DNA of 64,000 nucleotides from an uncultured Planctomycetales bacterium (GTDB taxonomy: Bacteria > Omnitrophota > Gorgyraeia > Gygaellales > Profunditerraquicolaceae). A program made the position numbers and the translations under genes. Shown here one piece after another: positions 48,040 to 57,880 of the stretch. The stretch lies in the NCBI GenBank assembly GCA_964467905.1, contig CAYXSY010000003.1:30159-94158 (forward strand), written 5' to 3'. Within the stretch, counting starts at the first letter, position 1. Every line of letters begins with the position of its first letter. The notes under the pieces are model-generated. The model was not told where the DNA came from and searched no databases. It saw only the letters and a list, made by a program, of their open reading frames with translations.

Positions 48040-49464
48040 ATGGATTACGAAACAGTTATAGGTCTAGAAGTTCATGTTCAGCTAAAGACAAAAACTAAGG
48101 CTTTTTGCGGATGCTCAACTGAATTCGGTAAAGAACCGAATACTCAAGTTTGCCCCGTATGTTTAGGATTCCCGGGTTCTCTACCGGTGCTGAATAAGAC
48201 CTATCTTGATTATGCAATTAAGGTTGCTTTAAGTTTAAACTGCCAGGTTCAGGAATATACTAAGTTTGACCGCAAGAATTATTTTTATCCTGACTTACCA
48301 AAGAATTATCAGATTTCTCAGTATGATCTGCCACTATCGTTAAGCGGACACCTAGAGATTACGACTAAAGAAGAAATTAAGCGAATCGGGATACGCAGGG
48401 TGCACATGGAAGAAGATGCCGGAAAGCTTATACATGGAGAGAGCGAAAGTTTCGTGGATTTTAATCGTACCGGTATGCCCCTGCTGGAGATTGTAAGCGA
48501 TCCGGATATCAACTCACCTGAAGAAGCATACGTGTATCTTACCAAACTAAAAAGTATTCTTGAATATTTGGATGTATCTGATTGCGACATGGAAAAAGGA
48601 TCTTTGCGTTGTGATGCTAATATTTCATTAAGACCAAGGGGCGCAAAAGAACTCGGAGTAAAAACCGAGCTTAAAAATATGAATTCTTTTAAGGGAGTAC
48701 GCGATGCTTTGGATTTTGAGATTAAACGTCAAAGCCAGATACTTGATGAGGGTGGAAAAATAACTCAAGAAACATTATTATGGAATGCGCAAGAAGCAAA
48801 GACTTATTCTATGCGCACGAAAGAAGAAGCTCAGGATTACCGGTATTTCCCTGAGCCCGATCTGCCGCCATTCATAATTACACAAGATAAAATAGAAGAA
48901 GTAAAAAAGACTATCCCGGAACTTCCGGAAGAAAGAAAACAGCGTTTCATTAATACCTATGGTCTTTCTGAATATGACGCAATTATTTTAACTGCATCTA
49001 AAAAAGGTGCTGATTTTGCTGAAAACTGCATAAATAGCTATCCTAAAGAGAACAAAAAACCAGTTGTTAATTTTATCATAGGCCCCTTGTTGGCAGAAGC
49101 AAATATGCGTAATTGCGCATTAGTGGATTTGCCCTTTAAGACCGAATGGCTGATTCAACTACTCGAGCTCCTTGATTCAGGACAAATATCGAATCTTACA
49201 GCAAAGAACGTCTTAACTGAAATAATTAATTCTCAGGTTCCGCCAGAGAAAATTATAAAAGAAAAGAATTTAATTCAAATCTCTGACACAGTATCGCTGG
49301 AAAAACATGTTGACGAAGTAATCAGGGCTAATCCTCAATCCGTGGATGCCTATAAAAACGGCAAGGTTAATGCACTTATGTTTCTAGTAGGACAGGTTAT
49401 GAAAGCCAGTAAAGGACAGGCCAATCCAAAGATAGTTCAAGATATCTTAAAACGGAGGTTATAG
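48040..49464 (+). CDS. gatB: Glu/Asp-tRNA amidotransferase subunit B
   Basis: N-terminus MDYETVIGLEVHVQL and CPVCLGFPG. Start set at the ATG at 48040 rather than the upstream in-frame extension that overlaps gatA. Confidence 0.9.
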   Translation: MDYETVIGLEVHVQLKTKTKAFCGCSTEFGKEPNTQVCPVCLGFPGSLPVLNKTYLDYAIKVALSLNCQVQEYTKFDRKNYFYPDLPKNYQISQYDLPLSLSGHLEITTKEEIKRIGIRRVHMEEDAGKLIHGESESFVDFNRTGMPLLEIVSDPDINSPEEAYVYLTKLKSILEYLDVSDCDMEKGSLRCDANISLRPRGAKELGVKTELKNMNSFKGVRDALDFEIKRQSQILDEGGKITQETLLWNAQEAKTYSMRTKEEAQDYRYFPEPDLPPFIITQDKIEEVKKTIPELPEERKQRFINTYGLSEYDAIILTASKKGADFAENCINSYPKENKKPVVNFIIGPLLAEANMRNCALVDLPFKTEWLIQLLELLDSGQISNLTAKNVLTEIINSQVPPEKIIKEKNLIQISDTVSLEKHVDEVIRANPQSVDAYKNGKVNALMFLVGQVMKASKGQANPKIVQDILKRRL

Positions 49465-50733
49465 ATGTTCAGCAGAAAGAAATTTTATGTTTTTATTGTT
49501 TTTACTATTGTTGCAGTTCTGGGGCTGTCTTCTTGGGTAATTTCCGAAACCAGCAAGAAAGACGATAGCGATCTGTACCGCCAGGTAGAAATATTCTCCG
49601 ATGCCCTTACGATAGTCCAGGAGGATTATGTTGATCCGGTTTCGCCTAAAGAACTAATTTACGGCGCATTAAAAGGCATGCTTTCTTCGCTTGATCCCCA
49701 TAGTCAATTTATGGATCCGGATACTTATAATGAGCTAAAAGTGGATACCGAAGGAAAATTCGGTGGACTTGGGATAGAAATAACATTAAAAGATGGCCTG
49801 CTTACTGTTATCAGCCCTTTGGAAGATACGCCTGCCTGGAAGGCCGGAGTCAAACCCGGAGATATCATAGTAAAGATAAACAATGATATAACCCGCGATA
49901 TTACTATTACTGATGCGGTAAAAAAGTTGAGAGGCAAGCCCGGAGACGCGGTTAATATAACAGTCTTAAGAGAATCAGAAAAAAAGCTAATTGATTTTAA
50001 GATAGTGCGCGATATTATTAAAATAAAAGATATAAAAGAAGCCCGGATTTTAGAGGATAATATCGCCTACATCAGGCTTACTGAATTCAGAGAAAACACG
50101 ACCAATGATTTTAAATCAGCATTAAACAACCTTAAGAAAAACGGTATGAATGCGTTGATTTTGGATCTACGCAACAACCCGGGTGGGCTACTGGATATTG
50201 CTGTAAAAGTAAGTGAAATTTTTATCGATAAGAATAATTTGATAGTTTCAACTAAAGGCCGCAGAAGTTCGCAAAATATGGAATTTATATCAAGAAATCC
50301 TAATCCGCTGGCCGGGATTCCGATTATTGTCCTTATAAACGAAGGCTCTGCTTCTGGAAGCGAAATCGTAGCAGCAGCACTTAAGGACTATAAATTAGCT
50401 GTTATTGTAGGGACAAAATCTTTCGGGAAAGGTTCAGTGCAAACAGTTATACCTTTAAAAGATGGTTCGGCATTAAGGCTAACTACCAGTAAATATTTTT
50501 CTCCCCTGGGCAAAGAAATACATGGCAAAGGAGTTATGCCTGATATAGTAGTCGAAGACATTAAAATAACACCTTCGGCAAAAGAAGGCGAAACGCCCTT
50601 CAATAAAGAAGATGTTTTCGAACAGGTAGACGGTAAGCAGAAAGATAAAAAGGATGTTTTTGACTATAAATCGGATAATCAGATAATGCGCTCAATAGAT
50701 ATTATCAAAGCCCTGAGGCTTTATAAAAAATAA
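49465..50733 (+). CDS. ctpA: C-terminal processing (S41) peptidase
   Basis: 422 aa. N-terminal TM. PDZ region. Motifs GGLGIEI, RNNPGG, SASGSEIVA and GKGSVQ. Confidence 0.8.
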   Translation: MFSRKKFYVFIVFTIVAVLGLSSWVISETSKKDDSDLYRQVEIFSDALTIVQEDYVDPVSPKELIYGALKGMLSSLDPHSQFMDPDTYNELKVDTEGKFGGLGIEITLKDGLLTVISPLEDTPAWKAGVKPGDIIVKINNDITRDITITDAVKKLRGKPGDAVNITVLRESEKKLIDFKIVRDIIKIKDIKEARILEDNIAYIRLTEFRENTTNDFKSALNNLKKNGMNALILDLRNNPGGLLDIAVKVSEIFIDKNNLIVSTKGRRSSQNMEFISRNPNPLAGIPIIVLINEGSASGSEIVAAALKDYKLAVIVGTKSFGKGSVQTVIPLKDGSALRLTTSKYFSPLGKEIHGKGVMPDIVVEDIKITPSAKEGETPFNKEDVFEQVDGKQKDKKDVFDYKSDNQIMRSIDIIKALRLYKK

Positions 50734-50735
50734 CC

Positions 50736-51542
50736 GTGAAAAAGAAAGAGAACCATAAATTAATAATCTGGGTTTTATGTATAATTATTATTTTACAGTG
50801 GTTGTACATAATAGCTACCAGACCGAAGAAGGAAGAGGTCCCCGTAAAACCTCTAAAGCCTGTTAAGCCAGCTGTAGTTTTAAAAGGCAAAATAGCTATA
50901 GTGCTGGATGACTGGGGTTATAATTTGGATAATGCTAGTGCCATCTCTCAGATAAAGTATCCGCTCACCATAGCAATACTTCCTAACCTGTCTTATTCAG
51001 AACAAATAGCCGATGAAGCAAAACATAATAATAAAGAGGTCATTTTACATTTACCGATGGAACCTTACGAAAAGTTCAGGTTAGAGAAAAATACCATACT
51101 AGCATCCATGGATAATAAAAATATTGTCAAGATTCTTAACTCTGACCTCGATAGTGTTAAATATGCCCGGGGAATAAATAATCACATGGGTTCAAGAGTC
51201 ACCGGTGACAAACGGGTAATGTCGGTTATTTTTGATGAGCTAAAAAATAAGAAACTTTACTTCCTTGATAGCTATGTATCTCCTAAAACAGTAGCTTCCC
51301 AGTTGGCTAAAGATAAAAATGTGCGTTTTGCAAAAAGGGATATCTTCTTAGATAATAATCCAGATTATGAATATATAAAAGGGCAATTGTATAAACTTGC
51401 GGCTAAAGCAAAAAGATACGGCAAGGCTATAGGCATAGGTCACGACCGCAAGACTACGATAGAAACTTTACGTTCTATTATGCCGAAACTGGAAAAAGAC
51501 GGATATAAATTTGTTTACGTTTCGGAAATAGCTGCTAATTAA
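50736..51542 (+). CDS. divergent polysaccharide deacetylase (YibQ family)
   Basis: 268 aa. N-terminal TM. IAIVLDDWGYN and HLPMEP motifs. Confidence 0.6.
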   Translation: MKKKENHKLIIWVLCIIIILQWLYIIATRPKKEEVPVKPLKPVKPAVVLKGKIAIVLDDWGYNLDNASAISQIKYPLTIAILPNLSYSEQIADEAKHNNKEVILHLPMEPYEKFRLEKNTILASMDNKNIVKILNSDLDSVKYARGINNHMGSRVTGDKRVMSVIFDELKNKKLYFLDSYVSPKTVASQLAKDKNVRFAKRDIFLDNNPDYEYIKGQLYKLAAKAKRYGKAIGIGHDRKTTIETLRSIMPKLEKDGYKFVYVSEIAAN

Positions 51543-51572
51543 AAATAAGTACTATTAATAAATAATAAATAA

Positions 51573-52565
51573 ATGAATGTTTTAGGTATTGAGACTTCCT
51601 GCGACGAAACTTCGGCGGCCGTTGTTTCCAACGGCAAAGATGTCCTTTCAAACATTACAGTGTCCAGTTTAAATTGGCACAAGAAATATAACGGTATCAT
51701 CCCTGAAATAGCATTCCGCCGTCAGTTAGAGACCATAGCACAGGTAGCAGACGAAGCCATAAAAGAATCGCGGATAAATATAAAAAAGCTGGATTTAATC
51801 AGCGTAACCGCTAACCCGGGGCTATTAGGATCTTTGCTGGTTGGTCTGACTTTTGCCAAAGCAATAAGTTTTTCATACGCCATACCCTGCATCGAAGCAG
51901 ATCATCTATATGCCCATATATATTCGGCTTTGCTGGGACAAAAAAAACCAAACTTCCCATTTGTGGCGCTGGTTATTTCAGGCGGGCACACAAGTTTATT
52001 CGAAGTCAGGTCTTTTGAAAGATTTCGCCTGGTTGGCTCTACGCTGGATGACGCATGCGGAGAAGCATTTGATAAAGTTGCTAAAATTATGGGGTTAGGG
52101 TATCCCGGAGGCCCGGTGGTTGAGCGTATGGCAAAATACGGAAAACCATCAATTAAATTCAATTGTTGCGATACAAACAGGAAACTCGACTTTAGCTTCA
52201 GCGGCATTAAAACAGCGGTGCTTTATCATGTCAATAATCTGAAAAACAAACAATCCGGTAATTTATCAAAAAGCCAGGTTTACGATATCTGTGCTTCGTT
52301 CCAAAAAGCAGTTGCTGAAGCTTTAATTAAAAAATCTTTTCTTGCATGCCGGGAGAGAAAATCAAAATTACTGGTAGTCGCTGGCGGAGTAGCTGCAAAT
52401 ACATTCTTGAGAGAGTCTTTCGTAAGATATTTTTCAGATAAAGATATTCAAGTTATTTTTCCTTCAAAAACGCTGTGTATGGATAACGCAGCCATGGTAG
52501 CAGGAATAGGCTATCACCTGTTTAAAAAAGTAACAAAAAGGCGGAGGTTAAGATATGTTAAATGA
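51573..52565 (+). CDS. tsaD: tRNA N6-threonylcarbamoyladenosine synthase TsaD
   Basis: 330 aa. Motifs LGIETSCDETS, HTSL and GGVAAN. Confidence 0.85.
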   Translation: MNVLGIETSCDETSAAVVSNGKDVLSNITVSSLNWHKKYNGIIPEIAFRRQLETIAQVADEAIKESRINIKKLDLISVTANPGLLGSLLVGLTFAKAISFSYAIPCIEADHLYAHIYSALLGQKKPNFPFVALVISGGHTSLFEVRSFERFRLVGSTLDDACGEAFDKVAKIMGLGYPGGPVVERMAKYGKPSIKFNCCDTNRKLDFSFSGIKTAVLYHVNNLKNKQSGNLSKSQVYDICASFQKAVAEALIKKSFLACRERKSKLLVVAGGVAANTFLRESFVRYFSDKDIQVIFPSKTLCMDNAAMVAGIGYHLFKKVTKRRRLRYVK

Positions 52566-53001
52566 AACACAGATAATAATACGCTTGGTTTTGTCTGTAT
52601 TTCTAGGTGGGTTAATAGGCTTTGAACGCCAGATACACCGCAGAACCGCCGGTTTTCGTACGCATATCCTGGTATCGCTTGGTTCCTGCCTTATAATGTT
52701 GACATCTTTATATGTTTTTGATATATATAGCAGTAAGGTTGATTTAGACCCTACGCGTATTGCCGCTGGGGTTATCACCGGAATAGGGTTTCTTGGCGCA
52801 GGAGCAATTATAAGAGATTCGCAGGGTATAATAGGGCTAACCACTGCTGCAAGTCTTTGGGTCGTAGCAGGTATAGGTCTGGCAATAGGGTGCGGATTTT
52901 ATACTGCAGGGATATTTACAACAGCACTTGCTTTAATATCGCTTTTTTTCTTAAGAAGAGTTGAGGAAAAAGTTATAAATAAGAAAGGAGGGGTAAGCTA
53001 A
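52555..53001 (+). CDS. mgtC: MgtC/SapB-family membrane protein
   Basis: 148 aa. Motifs GFERQ..RRTAGFRTHILVSLGS and GIGFLGAG. Confidence 0.7.
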   Translation: MLNETQIIIRLVLSVFLGGLIGFERQIHRRTAGFRTHILVSLGSCLIMLTSLYVFDIYSSKVDLDPTRIAAGVITGIGFLGAGAIIRDSQGIIGLTTAASLWVVAGIGLAIGCGFYTAGIFTTALALISLFFLRRVEEKVINKKGGVS

Positions 53002-53504
53002 TGGCTTTTAAGAAAAATACAGAAGAGAAAATCCTCGATGTAGATGCTGCTATGCAGGGAACATTAAGTTTCAAAGACGCGGTAAATTTACGTATTAACG
53101 GTAAATTTGAAGGAAAGCTTGATACAAAAGGGAATTTAACTGTGGGGCCGAGTGCGCAGGTATATGCGGATATGATTGGAGACAACATTATAATCGGAGG
53201 TAAGGTTAAAGGAAAGATAATAGCTAAGGAAAGACTTACCCTTCTTCCTACGGCAGTCGTAGAAGGCGACATATATCCCACGAGATTAAATATTGCCGAA
53301 GGGGCAATTTTAGAAGGCAGATGCATAATGCTCCATGATTTCCTAAATGCCGAACAATTAGCCAGATATCTGGAGGTAGATTTAAATTCTATCATGGAAT
53401 GGGCTAATTCCGGTAAAGTCCCGGGTTTTAAAGAGGGAGACGACTGGAAGTTCGAAAGAAAAGCTATTGATTCCTGGGTTTCAACAGGCAAAGTTAGCAA
53501 ATAA
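53001..53504 (+). CDS. bactofilin (beta-helical polymer-forming cytoskeletal protein) fused to a C-terminal excisionase-family HTH DNA-binding domain
   Basis: Residues ~20-115 carry bactofilin repeats (G.F.G.L...GNLTVG...IGGKVKGKIIAKERL...VEGDI...L.I.EGAILEG). C-terminus LNAEQLARYLEVDLNSIMEWANSGKVPGFKEGDDWKFERKAIDSWV matches the excisionase/MerR-like HTH pattern. Confidence 0.65.
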   Translation: MAFKKNTEEKILDVDAAMQGTLSFKDAVNLRINGKFEGKLDTKGNLTVGPSAQVYADMIGDNIIIGGKVKGKIIAKERLTLLPTAVVEGDIYPTRLNIAEGAILEGRCIMLHDFLNAEQLARYLEVDLNSIMEWANSGKVPGFKEGDDWKFERKAIDSWVSTGKVSK

Positions 53505-53510
53505 AACCTT

Positions 53511-53825
53511 ATGGCAGAAGAAAAATTACTTACGGTAAGAGACGTATCAATTGTTTTAGGGGTATCAGAAAGAGAAATCATGGAGCTTGCTGAATCAGGC
53601 AGGCTCCCTGCCTATAAAGTAGGCGGTGTATACTTACGTTTTAAACGCGAGCAGATAGATGAATTCAGAAAGACATTTAAACCCAGCCAATCATCAGTCT
53701 TACACCGGAGCAAAGAGAGCTCCGCTAAAGAAAAACTCAATGATTTCTTCTATTTTAATGACTTTTACATATTGAGCGCTTTAATTATTGCTGTTATATT
53801 ATTCTTTGTATTCCAAGGATATTGA
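53511..53825 (+). CDS. excisionase-family HTH protein with C-terminal transmembrane helix
   Basis: 104 aa. HTH LLTVRDVSIVLGVSEREIMELAESGRLPAYKVGGVYLRFKREQIDEF. C-terminal hydrophobic FYILSALIIAVILFFVF. Confidence 0.5.
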   Translation: MAEEKLLTVRDVSIVLGVSEREIMELAESGRLPAYKVGGVYLRFKREQIDEFRKTFKPSQSSVLHRSKESSAKEKLNDFFYFNDFYILSALIIAVILFFVFQGY

Positions 53826-53837
53826 TTATCTTCTTAA

Positions 53838-54500
53838 ATGACAAAAGGATTTTGTGATTTAGGTTTTGCTAAAATAGACACCGATAGATTTAAAAGAAGG
53901 GGTTTTCCGGAAGCAATTTATTCTTCGGGTAAAACCGATATCCAGCTCAAAGAAATAGTCAGGGCTTTTATCGGCAAAAAACACGATTTATTGCTTACCA
54001 GATTAGAATACAAAAAGTACTCCTTTCTTAAAAAATCCTTCCCTAAGTTAAAATATAATTCTTGCGCAAAGATAGGCTACTTGGTATTTGGTAAGAAACA
54101 AAAAAGAAATGGGTTAGTTCTGGTAGTTTGCGCAGGAACATCGGACATCCCGGTAGCAGAAGAAGCCCTAATTACTGCCGAATTAATGGGCAATAAAGTA
54201 AAACGCCTATATGATGTGGGGGTAGCCGGTGTGCACCGTCTGATGCACAACGTAGAATTATTAAGGAAAGCTTCCGTTATTATTGTTGTTGCGGGAATGG
54301 AAGGGGCATTAGCCAGCTTAGTCAGCGGCCTGGTAAGCTCTCCCGTTATAGCTGTGCCAACGAGTTGCGGGTATGGAGCAAATTTTGGCGGGCTTTCTGC
54401 ACTTTTAACAATGTTGAATAGTTGTTCGCCCGGGATTTCCGTGGTAAATATTGATAATGGTTTCGGAGCAGGCTACTTCGCTGCATTAATCAATAAATAA
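53838..54500 (+). CDS. larB: LarB-family PurE-like carboxylase (nickel-pincer nucleotide cofactor biosynthesis family)
   Basis: 220 aa. DLGFAKID.DR..RRGFPE N-domain. VVCAGTSDIPVAEEA...AGMEGAL...AVPTS.GYGA core matches the LarB pattern. Confidence 0.7.
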   Translation: MTKGFCDLGFAKIDTDRFKRRGFPEAIYSSGKTDIQLKEIVRAFIGKKHDLLLTRLEYKKYSFLKKSFPKLKYNSCAKIGYLVFGKKQKRNGLVLVVCAGTSDIPVAEEALITAELMGNKVKRLYDVGVAGVHRLMHNVELLRKASVIIVVAGMEGALASLVSGLVSSPVIAVPTSCGYGANFGGLSALLTMLNSCSPGISVVNIDNGFGAGYFAALINK

Positions 54501-54540
54501 TCTTGTTTAATAACCTACTTTAAAACTTCGGAGAATAAAA

Positions 54541-55869
54541 ATGGCTTTATCGGGATTAGATATTTATAAATTATTGCCTAAAACCAACTGCCGTGAGTGC
54601 GGATTCGCTACTTGCCTTGCCTTTGCAATGCAATTGGCAAAAAAATCAGTTAGTATAGAGAAGTGCCCTTTTATCAATGAGGCTTCGAGAAAAACCCTGG
54701 AAGAATCCAGCTTGCCTCCGATTAGATCGGTTATTATCGGGTCTGCAGATAAAAAAATAGAACTGGGGAGTGAGGGATTTCTTTTTAGGCATGATGGTAA
54801 ATTTTTTAATCCCTGCGGTATCGGCTTTATTATAGATGACAACCTAACTGCTGGACAAATAGAAGAAAAGATTAAGAAAATTAACTTGATGAAATTTGAA
54901 CGCGTAGGCCAGAAGTTAGAAATAGATATTCTGGCCGTAAGGCAAAATTCCGAACCAGCTAAATTTATCGAAGCGCTGAAGATAATTAGCAGAAATACAG
55001 ACCTACCGCTTATTTTGATATCTAAACAGGCAGGCACCTTAAAAGAAGCGCTAGATATCGTACTTGACAGAAAGCCTGTTTTATATTGCACGCAAGAATC
55101 AGAAACTACGAAAGTGGCAGAACTATCCAAGCAACATAACTTGCCTATGGTAGTTTGCGGGAAAGATTTAGCCGAATTATCCGCTCTGACTAAAAACCTG
55201 AATAATCTTGGTGTAGAAAATATTATTTTAGATACAGGCAGGAAACCCGTGGCTCAGAAAGTCTGGGATTTAACCCAGATAAGAAGAATCCCGCTCAAGA
55301 AATCCGACAGAAGCTTAGGCTACCCTGTATTAACAATAGCAGAAGATGCGGATTGCTATGAAGAAGCTATCGAAGCCGCAACATATATATGCAAATATTC
55401 ATCCCTGGTTTTGCTTAAAAATACGGAATCGTACGAGGCCTTGGCACTCCTGACCTTAAGACAGAATATTTACAGCGACCCCCAGAAACCATTACAAATC
55501 GAACCCAATGTTTATGCCATAGGTTCCGTTAGCGAAAAATCTCCTATCCTGATTACAACCAACTTTTCTCTTAGCTATTACACTGTTTTGGGAGAAGTGG
55601 AAGCTAGCAAGATTCCTTCTTATATCTTAAGCGTAGACACAGAAGGTATGTCGGTTTTAACTGCTTGGGCAGCCGAAAAATTTACCCCCTCAAAAATAAC
55701 CCAATCTCTAGATAAGTTCGGAGTCAAGAATAAAGTTTCTCACAACCAGCTGGTTATACCCGGATATGTAGCAGTAATGAGCGGAGACTTAGAAGAAGAG
55801 TCGGGTTGGAAAGTTACCGTAGGGCCAAAAGAAGCTGCCGGCATACCATCTTTCCTAAGGAATCTATAA
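54541..55869 (+). CDS. acsC: corrinoid iron-sulfur protein large subunit (acetyl-CoA decarbonylase/synthase gamma)
   Basis: 442 aa. N-terminal 4Fe-4S motif CRECGFATCLAFA..........CP. Size and order match the acs operon. Confidence 0.8.
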   Translation: MALSGLDIYKLLPKTNCRECGFATCLAFAMQLAKKSVSIEKCPFINEASRKTLEESSLPPIRSVIIGSADKKIELGSEGFLFRHDGKFFNPCGIGFIIDDNLTAGQIEEKIKKINLMKFERVGQKLEIDILAVRQNSEPAKFIEALKIISRNTDLPLILISKQAGTLKEALDIVLDRKPVLYCTQESETTKVAELSKQHNLPMVVCGKDLAELSALTKNLNNLGVENIILDTGRKPVAQKVWDLTQIRRIPLKKSDRSLGYPVLTIAEDADCYEEAIEAATYICKYSSLVLLKNTESYEALALLTLRQNIYSDPQKPLQIEPNVYAIGSVSEKSPILITTNFSLSYYTVLGEVEASKIPSYILSVDTEGMSVLTAWAAEKFTPSKITQSLDKFGVKNKVSHNQLVIPGYVAVMSGDLEEESGWKVTVGPKEAAGIPSFLRNL

Positions 55870-55931
55870 AACTTTTTTAAACTAGGGTCAAGAATAAAGT
55901 TAAGCTTAATCTCATACGCTAATCTTTCATA

Positions 55932-57869
55932 ATGGAAAAATTTAAAGTTACTTTTTATCCTGATAATAAGACTATAGAGGTAGCGAAAGATACGAGTATA
56001 CTTTCTGCGGCTGTATCAGCTGGTATATTTATTAACTCTTCCTGCGGCGGTGATGGAGTCTGCGGTAAATGTAAGGTGATTGTAAGAAAAGGTCAAGTAT
56101 TCTCTCAACCTACCGGAACAATCAGCCACGAAGAAAGAAAAAGCGGAGTTGGTCTTGCCTGTTTAACTTTAGTTCAGGGAGATCTAGAAATAGAGATTCC
56201 TGCGGAAACCAGGCTTAGCCTAGAAGGACTTAGCCCGGAAGAAATCCACCGGCGCATTAAAAATTTCTATTCTGATTCAGAAAAAATAGAATCAACTTTA
56301 GCTAACCCCCTGGATGAGGCTTTCTTGTATTCACCGTTGGTGAGAAAAATATATTTGGAACTTCCCCAAGCTAAAATGCAGGATTCCGTGGCAGACTTTG
56401 AGAGAATACAACGCCAGATAAAACAACAAGTCGTTAATTTATCTTCACAGGAAATAATACCTACCGGGCTTTCTAATATAAGGCAGCTAAGCGAATTATT
56501 ACGCTCGTCAGACTGGAAAATTACGGTTACTCTAACCAATCACGAAGGTCCTGCCGAAATTATGCTTATCGAACCGGGCAATACAAAAGATAGAAACTTC
56601 GGTTTTTGTTTTGACATAGGCACAACGACCATAACCGGACAGCTCCTGGATTTAAATAACAAAAAGATACTTGGCACAAAAGCCGTGTATAACAAGCAAA
56701 TCAGTTTTGGCGCCGATGTTATTACACGTATTGTCCATGCCCAGGAAGAAGAGGGTTTAGAGCAGTTGCATTTGGCAGTTATTGATTGTATCGACCAGAT
56801 AATTGCGGAATTGATTTCTGAACACAAAATCGATTTGAACGATGTAACATGTGTTGTTTGTGCAGGCAATACTACTATGATACATCTTTTGTTATCTATA
56901 GACCCCGCACATATCCGTAAAGAGCCGTATATACCTGCAGCAAACTTTCTGCCTACGATACGCGCTGCAGAAATTGGTGTACGCGTTAATCCCAAAGGGA
57001 TATTGGCTATCGTGCCCGGGGTAGCTAGCTATGTAGGAGGCGATATTACAGCAGGCGTTTTGTCATGCGGCATGGATAAAGAAGATAATCTATGCGTGCT
57101 TATAGATGTAGGCACAAACGGAGAAATAGTCGTAGGCAATAAGGAATTCTTGGTATCTTGCGCTGCCTCAGCCGGTCCTGCTTTTGAAGGCAGCGGGGTA
57201 TTATCAGGTATGCGTGCTACCAGAGGCGCGATTCAAAAGGTAAATATTGATCCTGTCAGCCTGGACACAAAATATATTACAATAGCTAATATCAAACCTA
57301 AAGGGATATGCGGTTCAGGATATATAGATTTAATATCTGAAATGCTAAAAACGAAACTCATAGATAAAAGCGGAAAAATTTTGCCCTCTGGCAATAAACA
57401 TATTAGAAGCGGTGACTACGGTAAAGAGTTTGTTTTAGCGCAGTCATCCGAAACATCCATAGGCAAGGATATCGTTATTACCGAAGCAGACATCGATAAT
57501 ATAAAAAGGGCTAAAGCAGCAATTTATTCTGCCTGTTTAACGCTTCTTAAGCATCTGAATCTTGACTTTGATGCGGTTGATAAATTTTTTATAGCCGGGG
57601 GGTTCGGGACTTCTATTGATATAGAAAAATCTATAGCTATAGGCCTCTTACCTGATTTAGACAAAAATAAATTTATTTTTGTAGGGAATAGTTCGCTAGC
57701 AGGGGCAAGACAAGTTTTGCTTTCGTCTCAAGCGCATAAAAAAGCGCAAGAAATAGCAAAAAGAATGCATTATTTTGAATTATCTATTGATGCGCGGTAT
57801 ATGGACGAATACATGGCGGCACTATTTTTCCCCCATACTGACTTATCAAAATTTCCCAATATTAGATAG
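55932..57869 (+). CDS. corrinoid activation/regeneration protein RACo (2Fe-2S ferredoxin + ASKHA ATPase domain)
   Basis: 645 aa. N-terminal plant-type ferredoxin with CGGDGVCGKCKV. C-terminal DUF4445/ASKHA-like region. Sits between acsC and cooC as in known acs operons. Confidence 0.75.
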   Translation: MEKFKVTFYPDNKTIEVAKDTSILSAAVSAGIFINSSCGGDGVCGKCKVIVRKGQVFSQPTGTISHEERKSGVGLACLTLVQGDLEIEIPAETRLSLEGLSPEEIHRRIKNFYSDSEKIESTLANPLDEAFLYSPLVRKIYLELPQAKMQDSVADFERIQRQIKQQVVNLSSQEIIPTGLSNIRQLSELLRSSDWKITVTLTNHEGPAEIMLIEPGNTKDRNFGFCFDIGTTTITGQLLDLNNKKILGTKAVYNKQISFGADVITRIVHAQEEEGLEQLHLAVIDCIDQIIAELISEHKIDLNDVTCVVCAGNTTMIHLLLSIDPAHIRKEPYIPAANFLPTIRAAEIGVRVNPKGILAIVPGVASYVGGDITAGVLSCGMDKEDNLCVLIDVGTNGEIVVGNKEFLVSCAASAGPAFEGSGVLSGMRATRGAIQKVNIDPVSLDTKYITIANIKPKGICGSGYIDLISEMLKTKLIDKSGKILPSGNKHIRSGDYGKEFVLAQSSETSIGKDIVITEADIDNIKRAKAAIYSACLTLLKHLNLDFDAVDKFFIAGGFGTSIDIEKSIAIGLLPDLDKNKFIFVGNSSLAGARQVLLSSQAHKKAQEIAKRMHYFELSIDARYMDEYMAALFFPHTDLSKFPNIR

Positions 57870-57880
57870 GAAAATTATAA

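Noticed and set aside
52973-53581. 202-aa minus-strand ORF antisense to the bactofilin-HTH gene
   Set aside because: Antisense to a gene with strong domain signatures. No RBS or recognisable domain.
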